Below, one piece after another: positions 19,053-27,116 of a stretch of 64,000 nucleotides of DNA. The notes under the pieces were generated by a model, which worked only from the letters and a program-made list of their open reading frames with translations, had not been told where the DNA came from and did not search any database. This DNA comes from Eubacteriales bacterium (GTDB taxonomy: Bacteria > Bacillota > Clostridia > Oscillospirales > CAG-272), in assembly GCA_045543955.1 (NCBI GenBank), contig JAZPYB010000030.1:961-64960 (forward strand). The letters run 5' to 3'. The number at the start of each line of letters is the position of its first letter. Position 1 is the first letter of the stretch. The position numbers were made by a program, and so were the translations under genes.

Positions 19053-19997
19053 ATGATAGAAATTAACAATTTAGTTAGAAAATTTGGTACAAAATATGCT
19101 CTTGACGATATCTCCTTTACTGTTAACAAGGGAGAAATTGTTGGCTTTCTCGGTCCAAACGGTGCTGGAAAATCAACAACAATGAACATAATAACCGGCT
19201 ACCTCTCGCCAACCTCGGGCACTGTCCTTGTTGATGGGATTGACGTGTTTTTAGAGCCACAAAGGGCAAAAAACAAAATAGGCTTTTTACCGGAGCAGCC
19301 GCCTCTTTATATTGATATGACTGTTTGGGAGTACCTCTCATTTGTATTTGACCTAAAGGGCTGTGATTTTAACAAAAAAGCTCATCTTACCGAGGTTTGT
19401 GAGCTTGTTAAGATTTTTGACGTTAAGAATCGTCTTATTAGAAATCTTTCAAAGGGTTATAAGCAAAGGGTTGGTATTGCTAGTGCAATAATTGGAAACC
19501 CAGAGGTTATTATTTTTGACGAGCCAACGGTCGGCCTTGACCCTAAGCAAATTATCGAGGTAAGAAACCTACTTCGTTCACTCGCAAAGGACCACACAAT
19601 TATTCTTTCGACCCATATTCTGCCAGAGGTGCAAGCAATTTGTGACAGAATTATCATCATAAATGAGGGCAAAATTATTGCCGACGAAAAAACCTCTCAC
19701 CTAAACCAAACACTAGGTCAAAACAATCGCTTCCGTGTAAAGGTTTCTGGCCCTGCAAAAGAGGTTGCAAATCTATTAAAATCTATTCACAGCGTTACTC
19801 GCGTTACACAGGACGGTGTGCGTGATGGCGACGCATTCAGCTATATAATTGAGTATTCAGGTGCTGTCGATATAAGAAAAATGCTTTTCCGTGCTCTTGC
19901 CGAAAAGGGCTGGCCTATTATGGGTATGGACGGCGTTGAAATCACACTTGAGGACCTCTTTGTTAAGCTCATTGACGAGAAAGGAGATAAAAGGTAG
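19053..19997 (+). CDS. ABC transporter ATP-binding protein (GldA-like, ABC-2 type)
   Basis: Walker A GPNGAGKST, signature LSKGYKQRV, Walker B IIFDEPTVGLD. I prefer ATG 19053 with a GGAGAAG RBS over the track start at 18993. Confidence 0.9.
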   Translation: MIEINNLVRKFGTKYALDDISFTVNKGEIVGFLGPNGAGKSTTMNIITGYLSPTSGTVLVDGIDVFLEPQRAKNKIGFLPEQPPLYIDMTVWEYLSFVFDLKGCDFNKKAHLTEVCELVKIFDVKNRLIRNLSKGYKQRVGIASAIIGNPEVIIFDEPTVGLDPKQIIEVRNLLRSLAKDHTIILSTHILPEVQAICDRIIIINEGKIIADEKTSHLNQTLGQNNRFRVKVSGPAKEVANLLKSIHSVTRVTQDGVRDGDAFSYIIEYSGAVDIRKMLFRALAEKGWPIMGMDGVEITLEDLFVKLIDEKGDKR

Positions 19998-20731
19998 TGT
20001 TCGCAATTTATAAAAAGGAAATGCACTCCTACTTCACAACTGCAACCGGCTATATTTTTCTTGCTATTGCCTTGGCAGTTACTGGGTTTGTTTTTTCCAT
20101 TACTACAGTTTTCTCAGGTAAGCCAACCTCTGATTTATCAAGCTACTTCTCTATCATTCTTTTCCTTATGATGGTTGTTTTACCAATTCTTACAATGCGT
20201 AGCTTTAGTGAGGAAAGAAGAACAAAGACCGAGCAGCTTCTTTTGACCTCTCCTAACTCTATTTTCTCGCTTGTTATTGGCAAGTTCTTGGGCGCTTTTA
20301 CTATGTACATTATTTACCTTGCCCTCTCTTGTCTTAACTTTATTTTCCTATATGCTTATACACCCGAAAACTCATCCCCGCCAAACATTTCAATGATTAT
20401 AGGCAACCTAATTGCCCTTATTTTGCTTGGTATGTGCTTTATAGCTATTGGTATTTTCATTTCCACATTGACTGAAAATATGTTTGCCTCTGCGGTCATT
20501 ACTGTTGGCACATTGTTTGGACTTTTAATTATCAGCCTGATTGGTTCTCTTTTAAAAGGAGAGGGCTTATATATTGTCAGAGTTATAATCAGCTGGTTTT
20601 CTGTATTTAATAGATATGATGCGTTTATTTACGGTTATTTTGATATAAGTGCGCTTATCTACTATATTTCCATCACTGGCATTTTCCTATTCCTCAGCGA
20701 ACGTGTTTTCCAAGCGCGTCGCCTATCATAA
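19997..20731 (+). CDS. ABC-2 type permease (GldF-like)
   Basis: 244 aa with about six hydrophobic segments. The GTG start overlaps the stop codon of the ATPase gene. Confidence 0.75.
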   Translation: MFAIYKKEMHSYFTTATGYIFLAIALAVTGFVFSITTVFSGKPTSDLSSYFSIILFLMMVVLPILTMRSFSEERRTKTEQLLLTSPNSIFSLVIGKFLGAFTMYIIYLALSCLNFIFLYAYTPENSSPPNISMIIGNLIALILLGMCFIAIGIFISTLTENMFASAVITVGTLFGLLIISLIGSLLKGEGLYIVRVIISWFSVFNRYDAFIYGYFDISALIYYISITGIFLFLSERVFQARRLS

Positions 20732-20743
20732 GGAGGTGCAAAA

Positions 20744-22504
20744 ATGGATTTTCTAAAGAAATTTTCAAACAAGCGCAAAATGAAATATGGCGCGGTTTTG
20801 GCTGGCTTTTTGGCAATTATTATTGCTATTGTTATTCTCGTAAATGCTATTGTTTCGCTCCTTACAGACCGATTTAACTGGCGATTTGATATGACCGACG
20901 AGCAAATTTACTCAGCATCCCCTGAGTTTATCACTGCAATGACGGACATCAATAAAAATGCCGAAATTGAGATAGTATTTTTTGATTCCAAGGACAAAAT
21001 TGAATCATCCTATTCCTCTTCCCTTGGCAACGGGGTTGGACTCGCATATGTCAATCAAACAGCAACTCAGTTAGCTGAAAAGCTTGACAATGTAAAGGTT
21101 TCATACCACTCCACCGACGACTATGAGTATGTAAATCAATTTAAGCTTGCAACCGGCAACCAAGCAATTACTGAAGAAACTGTCGTTGTTATGCGTACTG
21201 ATGTTGAAAAGCCTGCTGACGGCAAGCTTACTCAGTTTGAAATTTACACTGTTGGTAGCTTCTATGTTTCGGATTCAAACGGGGACCTCTTTGCTTACAA
21301 TGGCGAGGTTATGCTAGTTGAGGCATCTATTCGTCTAACCACAGATGACGAGCCTGTTGTTTACTTTGTAATAAATCACGACGAGGCTGTTGAGGATGTA
21401 GTAAATTCAGACGGAGAATTTGTACAAGCAACAACAATTAAAAATTTAACTGGCTTGTTTATTAATGCTGGTTATTCATATCGACCTATTGACCTTTCCG
21501 AAAAAATATATCTCTGTACTTGTGGAAAGCAATATAGCCCTATGTGGGATTGGGGTATTGATATAAATGACGAAAACACAAAGCTTGAAACTGTAATTGA
21601 CGAGCTTGGCAACGAAAAAACTCTTTTAGCAACTGATTTTAAGTGCAATGCAACAAACTGTGGCAACACTGTTCAAAAGGTTTATCTTGAGGATCTTGAA
21701 AAAAGAGCAAAGATGCCAACTGATGCTCGTGCAGTCGTTATTTATGAGCCTAAAAAGGATTTTGAGGATAGCGAAATTCGTTTGATTGAAAGCTATCTTT
21801 CCAAGCAAGGCGCTGTTATGACCTTCCTTGAGCCTTCGGTTTCTTATGCTGAAATGAGCAACTTCTACGGCTTTTTGAAGATGTGGGGTGGTATTAATGT
21901 TAACACAAGCAAGGTTACTGACGCATTCAACAGCGTAAACGGTGGCTTTGAAGCAGTTGTTCCATCTAACGATGCGACAAAAGCATATTTCCCTACACTA
22001 TCTAATTCATACAGCAAGCCTGTTTTCAATAACTCCATTTATCTGACAATTGACGAAAACAAGCTCCCTGAAAACGCAAACACAGGTGACCACACATTCA
22101 CTCAAACCGAATCACTTATCAAGACATCAAATGTTGCCTCTCAAAAGAATGCAACTCTTATGTGTGTTACTAATACAGTAAACACAGTAACAAACCAAGG
22201 CGGTGGCATCCAAGGAACCGTTGACTTTAGCTCATATCTTGTAGTTTGTGCCTCGGGAGATTTTGCAGACGACTCGCACATCATAAGTGCTCCGACAAAC
22301 ACAAAAATTTTGCGTTCCCTTGTTCGTTCAACAACTACAAAGCAAATTTACCCTACCGATGTTGAATTCAAGGTGTTTAACAACTACGACCTTGATATTA
22401 CAACAAGCGAGAGTGTTGCTGTTTTATTCGTTACAATGACTCTCATCCCTGCAATTGCTCTTATTACTGGCTTCATCGTTATCTTTAGGAGAAAGCGCAG
22501 ATGA
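20744..22504 (+). CDS. GldG-like auxiliary component of the ABC-2 system (N- and C-terminal membrane anchors)
   Basis: 586 aa with TM helices at both ends and a large extracytoplasmic domain. Its position after the ABC-2 ATPase and permease is as in GldA/F/G-type clusters. The assignment rests on architecture and my recollection of the family, not on a search. Confidence 0.55.
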   Translation: MDFLKKFSNKRKMKYGAVLAGFLAIIIAIVILVNAIVSLLTDRFNWRFDMTDEQIYSASPEFITAMTDINKNAEIEIVFFDSKDKIESSYSSSLGNGVGLAYVNQTATQLAEKLDNVKVSYHSTDDYEYVNQFKLATGNQAITEETVVVMRTDVEKPADGKLTQFEIYTVGSFYVSDSNGDLFAYNGEVMLVEASIRLTTDDEPVVYFVINHDEAVEDVVNSDGEFVQATTIKNLTGLFINAGYSYRPIDLSEKIYLCTCGKQYSPMWDWGIDINDENTKLETVIDELGNEKTLLATDFKCNATNCGNTVQKVYLEDLEKRAKMPTDARAVVIYEPKKDFEDSEIRLIESYLSKQGAVMTFLEPSVSYAEMSNFYGFLKMWGGINVNTSKVTDAFNSVNGGFEAVVPSNDATKAYFPTLSNSYSKPVFNNSIYLTIDENKLPENANTGDHTFTQTESLIKTSNVASQKNATLMCVTNTVNTVTNQGGGIQGTVDFSSYLVVCASGDFADDSHIISAPTNTKILRSLVRSTTTKQIYPTDVEFKVFNNYDLDITTSESVAVLFVTMTLIPAIALITGFIVIFRRKRR

Positions 22505-24276
22505 GTATAAGAAAAAACAAAAATGAGGCTGTATCAGCCTCGCAAAACGCACATTCCAAATCAACCTTGCGTATGTTTATAATCCTTAGCATTGTATTAT
22601 TTGCTCTTATCCTCATTCTTGTGGCGGTTTATTTTCTTGCCAAGGAGAATGTCGACAATGGACCCGATTTTGATGTTTGGGAGGGCGAGGATATTTACGG
22701 TAGAGCACATATGGCTTACCCCGTTATCGAAAACGAAGATGTTTTGAAAATCGAGGTAAGAAACGAAACCGGTAGCTTTGCCTTCTTGCCTGTTTGGGAC
22801 GAGGCGAAGGCGAAAAATGTTTGGCGTCTTGAGGAATACCAGGATGTTGCAATAAATGCACCGAGCTTTGAAATGCTTCGTATGCACGTTACCACTCAAA
22901 CAACTGAGGAGCCTATAAGAAACGCAACGCAAGCCGACCTTGTCGAATGGGGTGTTGACGAAAGCTGTAAAACCGGATACACCTTATATTTCAAGGAAAA
23001 CGGCGTTGAAAAATCCTATACTGTAAGAATAGGTAAAAGGACGAATTCCTCAGATGGCACATATTGCGCATATATTGAGGGACGCAATCATATTTATAAG
23101 TTTGCCCCAGACTCATGCTCATATGTAACACGCCCAAAGCTTTCTTATTTATCTCCTACCATAAACACATTTTTCGGTAGCGAGATGTATACCCTTTTGG
23201 GAATAGATAAGTTCGAGATCAGCTTGGCAAAAAACAACACATTAAAATCTGTTGTAAAGATTAATGTAACCGAAAGAGATGAAGCCGCAGCAAGCTTCTT
23301 AGCTACTTATTCTAAGGATGTCCTAGGCAAGGATAGAACAACCATAGCATCCACCTCATATTTAAACGAGGTTTTCTCACATCTTTATATTTCATTTTCC
23401 GGCACCGAGGTTGTCGCTATCGACCCCGATAGCGAAACACTAAAGGAATTCGGCCTTGGTGAGGATGACGAAAAGTATTTGATTGATGCTGAATTCTCTA
23501 GCAACGCTTACTTTGCAGACCCATCATATAAATACAAGGACCCTGCCCTATTTATCAGCCGTAAAAAGGATGACTGCTATTATGTTTTATCAAGATATTT
23601 CTTTGATGACATAATTGTAAAGGTTCCTAGCGAATCTTTGCCTTTTTTAGGTGAGGACAGCTTCTCTCTTACCAAGTGGACCGACACAACCTCAATCACA
23701 ACAGGCTTTTTTGAATCACTTTGCAAGGACAAAGAAACCGGTGCTCCTGGTCTTAATAAAATAATTATAAAAGCATTAAAGAGCGAGGAAACAGGACTTT
23801 ATAACGAGGAGATTTTCAACCTCTATTACGATGAGGGAGCGGACACATTGCTTGTAAAGGCTTTAAACAATCCAAACCTTGAATTCAAGGACGATAAGCG
23901 TGATGGCGTTGACTCTACCGACAGAAACTGGTTTAGAAACCTTTATGTTTATTTCCTTTACTATCCGTTTATTTATGAGTTCAACACTATGAGTGATGAA
24001 AAAATAGCGGAATACGAAAAGGATGAAAATATTGTATATTCTATAACCGCATACCGAAATGACGGCAAGGTTGTTAAATATACATACTATAAAATCGATG
24101 TAAACTTTGCATTTGAAAAGGCTGAATCCGGCACTGTGAAGGATGACGGCACTGTTGTTTGGGATGAGCCGGTTTATGACTACATCTCCTCAATGACTCA
24201 ATTGCGCAAGGTATATAAGGCGATTGATATTTTACTTTCTGGCGAAAAAGTAACGCCTGATGACGAATTATTATAA
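22501..24276 (+). CDS. Membrane-anchored protein of unknown function (DUF4340-like by context)
   Basis: 591 aa with one N-terminal TM helix. It overlaps the GldG-like gene by 4 nt. DUF4340 proteins usually follow GldG-like genes. Confidence 0.4.
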   Translation: MSIRKNKNEAVSASQNAHSKSTLRMFIILSIVLFALILILVAVYFLAKENVDNGPDFDVWEGEDIYGRAHMAYPVIENEDVLKIEVRNETGSFAFLPVWDEAKAKNVWRLEEYQDVAINAPSFEMLRMHVTTQTTEEPIRNATQADLVEWGVDESCKTGYTLYFKENGVEKSYTVRIGKRTNSSDGTYCAYIEGRNHIYKFAPDSCSYVTRPKLSYLSPTINTFFGSEMYTLLGIDKFEISLAKNNTLKSVVKINVTERDEAAASFLATYSKDVLGKDRTTIASTSYLNEVFSHLYISFSGTEVVAIDPDSETLKEFGLGEDDEKYLIDAEFSSNAYFADPSYKYKDPALFISRKKDDCYYVLSRYFFDDIIVKVPSESLPFLGEDSFSLTKWTDTTSITTGFFESLCKDKETGAPGLNKIIIKALKSEETGLYNEEIFNLYYDEGADTLLVKALNNPNLEFKDDKRDGVDSTDRNWFRNLYVYFLYYPFIYEFNTMSDEKIAEYEKDENIVYSITAYRNDGKVVKYTYYKIDVNFAFEKAESGTVKDDGTVVWDEPVYDYISSMTQLRKVYKAIDILLSGEKVTPDDELL

Positions 24277-24293
24277 AAGGAAGGACTTTTATT

Positions 24294-26633
24294 ATGGAAT
24301 ACAAATATGGTTATTTTAACGAGAGCGGAGACGAATTTATAATCACTTCTCCTAACACACCTCGTCCATTTGACAACTTTTTATTTAACGATGCGTGCTA
24401 TGCAAATGTTCATCAAACCGGTATAGGATGCTTTGACTACCAAATCAATGGCACTGAGGGTATTCAGCTTTATACTGGCGTTGGTCGTATCTGCGATTAC
24501 GACGTTTTCGGCAAGGATCACCTATACAATCGTCTTGTTTTCATTCGCGACAACGAAACTGGTGAGTTTTGGACTCTTAACTGGGAGCCTGTTTGCCATC
24601 CATACCAAAGCTACAAATGTACACAAGGTCTTGGCTACACAATAGTTGAGAACAAGACATGTGATACTATGGCAAAATTGCGTTTATTCGTTCCTACTGG
24701 TAACGATGCTTGTGAAATTTGGAAATTATCTGTTAAGAACGAGGGAGATAAAAAGCGCTCATACTCTATCTTTACATACAGCCAAATTCAATTCAAATTC
24801 AAATGGGGCTTTGATAGCTATGGCGACACTATGTATCGTGGCACTCGCTTTGACGCTGCAAGAAACACATTCTATATGAACAAGCACCCATTCATTAAGC
24901 CACACAACTACCTAACCGCGTTTATGGTTGCTGATGAAAAGATTACAGGTAGCGAGGGCTGTCAAAACGTGTTTATTGGCGAATATGGCACAATTGCTTC
25001 TCCTCAAGTAGTACGCGATGGCATTAGCTACAACTCTATCGGCTCAGCAAACGCAACAATCTGTTCGCTTCGCTTTGATATTGAGCTTGACGCAGGCGAG
25101 AACAAGGATATTTCGCTCCTTCTTGGCGCTGGTGAATGCGAGGACGATAGCGTAAAAATGGCTGAAAAATACCTCTCTACACAGGACAAATATTTCGAAG
25201 CTACAAAGAAATACTATAAGGACCTTTATTCAAAGAACCATATCACAACAAACGATGAGCATTTTGACCGTCTAATCAACTTCTGGGGCAAGCACGCAAC
25301 ACACTTTGGTGCTACCTGGTGCCGTTGGGGCTATAATGGCTATCGTGATATTGTTCAACACGGCTTTGGTGTTGTTTCATTCAAAAACGAAAGAACAAAG
25401 CAAATTCTAAAGGAAGCTATTCAAAACCAATATTCAAGCGGTATGGCTGTTCGTGGTTGGAATCCTGTTGACACTAAGGCTTACTCCGACTCTGCTCTTT
25501 GGCTTGAGTTCACATTAACCGCTTATCTTCGTGAGACGGGGGACGTTGAGTTCTTGAATGAGGTTTACCCATTTAGAGACGAGGGCGAGGCTACTGTTCT
25601 CGGTCATATGGACCGTGCACTTGACTTCCTTGAGTCCAACAAGGGCGAGCACAACCTACTTCTTATCAAGTTTGGCGACTGGAACGACTCACTTACCGGT
25701 GTTGGTAAGGAAGGTCGTGGCGAGAGTGTATGGCTCTCAATCGCTTATGCTCAAGCTCTGCTTGAAATGGCTGAGCTTGCTAAATTCCTTGGTATGCCAG
25801 AAAAGGAACAAAACTATCTAGCACGCAGAGAGGCTATAAAGACTGCCATCAATGATAATGCTTGGGATGGCGAATGGTACAGACGCTGCTATACAGACAA
25901 TGGTTCTCCTCTCGGCTCAAAGGAAAATAAATATGCAAAAATGTTTATGGAGCCACAATGCTGGTCACTTATTTCAGGTGTTGCATCTGAAGAGCGCGCT
26001 AATACAATTATCAACGCTATGAACGAGCATATGGCAACTCCAGTTGGCTACCTACTTCTAACTCCTTCATATAAGGAATTTGACCCAACAATCGGTCGTA
26101 TCTCCTCTATGGAGCCAGGCATTTGTGAAAACGGTACAATCTACTCCCATACAAACATCTGGATGATTCTAGGTCTACTTAAATATGGCAAGGCAGATCT
26201 CGCTTACGAGCTATTTAAGAAAATTGCTCCTGGCTATATTATTGGCGATAATACCGAAATTAAGAATAAGTGCCTACCATATATGTTCTCTAACTGCTAC
26301 TTTGGTCCAGAGCATAGAAACAGCGCATTCCAAATGGAATATAGCTGGATTACAGGCTCTGTTGCTTGGTACACAAACACTATGGAAAACTACTTAGTTG
26401 GTCTCCGTCCAACATACGAGGGACTAGTTGTTGACCCACATCTGCCATTTGATAAGGCAACAATGACACGCCAGTTCCGTGGTGCTACATACGAAATTTC
26501 AATTTCAAATCCAAATGGCAAATATAAGGCTGATGAGCTTGATATCACTGTTGATGGCAAAGCAATTGAGGGTGTTATCGTTCCAGACTTCAAGGATGGA
26601 AAAACTCACAAGGTATCAGTAGTAGTTAAATAA
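24294..26633 (+). CDS. GH94-like glycoside phosphorylase (cellobiose/chitobiose phosphorylase family)
   Basis: 779 aa with an N-terminus typical of the family (YGYFNESGDEFIITSPNTPRPFDNFLFND) and the catalytic-region motif FGDWNDSL. Confidence 0.6.
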   Translation: MEYKYGYFNESGDEFIITSPNTPRPFDNFLFNDACYANVHQTGIGCFDYQINGTEGIQLYTGVGRICDYDVFGKDHLYNRLVFIRDNETGEFWTLNWEPVCHPYQSYKCTQGLGYTIVENKTCDTMAKLRLFVPTGNDACEIWKLSVKNEGDKKRSYSIFTYSQIQFKFKWGFDSYGDTMYRGTRFDAARNTFYMNKHPFIKPHNYLTAFMVADEKITGSEGCQNVFIGEYGTIASPQVVRDGISYNSIGSANATICSLRFDIELDAGENKDISLLLGAGECEDDSVKMAEKYLSTQDKYFEATKKYYKDLYSKNHITTNDEHFDRLINFWGKHATHFGATWCRWGYNGYRDIVQHGFGVVSFKNERTKQILKEAIQNQYSSGMAVRGWNPVDTKAYSDSALWLEFTLTAYLRETGDVEFLNEVYPFRDEGEATVLGHMDRALDFLESNKGEHNLLLIKFGDWNDSLTGVGKEGRGESVWLSIAYAQALLEMAELAKFLGMPEKEQNYLARREAIKTAINDNAWDGEWYRRCYTDNGSPLGSKENKYAKMFMEPQCWSLISGVASEERANTIINAMNEHMATPVGYLLLTPSYKEFDPTIGRISSMEPGICENGTIYSHTNIWMILGLLKYGKADLAYELFKKIAPGYIIGDNTEIKNKCLPYMFSNCYFGPEHRNSAFQMEYSWITGSVAWYTNTMENYLVGLRPTYEGLVVDPHLPFDKATMTRQFRGATYEISISNPNGKYKADELDITVDGKAIEGVIVPDFKDGKTHKVSVVVK

Positions 26634-26634
26634 T
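26586..26634 (+). repeat. Direct repeat, copy A: the last 15 codons plus stop of the GH94-like gene
   Basis: GACTTCAAGGATGGAAAAACTCACAAGGTATCAGTAGTAGTTAAATAAT. It recurs at 26690..26735 minus one TAG triplet. Confidence 0.9.
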
Positions 26635-26689
26635 CAATCCCTCCGAGTTGCTATCGCAACCCACCTCCCTTTGCACAAAGGAGGCTCGA
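26635..26689 (+). repeat. GC-rich modular intergenic repeat, copy 2 (55 bp, minimal form)
   Basis: CAATCCCTCCGAGTTGCTATCGCAACCCACCTCCCTTTGCACAAAGGAGGCTCGA, lying between the two direct repeats. Confidence 0.85.
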
Positions 26690-26735
26690 GACTTCAAGGA
26701 TGGAAAAACTCACAAGGTATCAGTAGTTAAATAAT
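26690..26735 (+). repeat. Direct repeat, copy B: displaced duplicate of the GH94-like gene 3' end
   Basis: It is identical to 26586..26634 except for a 3-bp deletion, and the original terminator follows it. Confidence 0.9.
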
Positions 26736-26743
26736 TAAATAAC

Positions 26744-26776
26744 AAAAAAGAGACTCGCTAACGAGTCTCTTTTTTG
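26744..26776 (+). terminator. Terminator of the GH94-like gene
   Basis: Stem GAGACTCG / CGAGTCTC flanked by A6 and T6. Confidence 0.8.
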
Positions 26777-26820
26777 GTAACCAATTTTCCCCCATATAAT
26801 TTTACACCTGACAAAGAAAA

Positions 26821-26960
26821 ACGGAAGGAGCAAGCCCCTCCCCTACAGTGTTACTATTTCTGACAATTCGCACAAGCTACATCTAGAATGACGAGGGCGG
26901 AGGAAAAATGAACGAACACGACCGAGATTCGTACTTGTGTACGTCGGAGGAAGTGGTCGT
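26821..26960 (+). repeat. GC-rich modular repeat, copy 3 (other modules)
   Basis: CGGAAGGAGCAAGCCCCTCCCCTACAG (compare 46699..46721); GAGGGCGGAGG (compare 53367..53377); and a hairpin with a CGTAC-TTGT-GTACG apex (26930..26943; compare 37792..37805). Confidence 0.7.
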
Positions 26961-26975
26961 TTATAGAAATCACAT

Positions 26976-27010
26976 AAAAAAGAAAACACGCATCGAAATG
27001 CGTGTTTTCT
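26976..27010 (-). terminator. ppdK terminator
   Basis: Stem AAAACACGCAT / ATGCGTGTTTT with a T-run on the minus strand. Confidence 0.8.
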
Positions 27011-27116
27011 ACTTTATTATTTAACTTTATTAAGTAAGATAAACATTAAGTTTTCACAACTATTAATAGAATTATTTTGTGATTTCGGTTTTATCCGTAC
27101 TCGCTCATTCTACCAA

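Noticed and set aside
26586-26735. A diversity-generating retroelement (TR/VR pair) as the explanation for the duplicated gene 3' ends
   Set aside because: The window has no reverse transcriptase. The repeats are nearly identical instead of differing at adenines, and they are only 37-50 bp long and include the stop codon.
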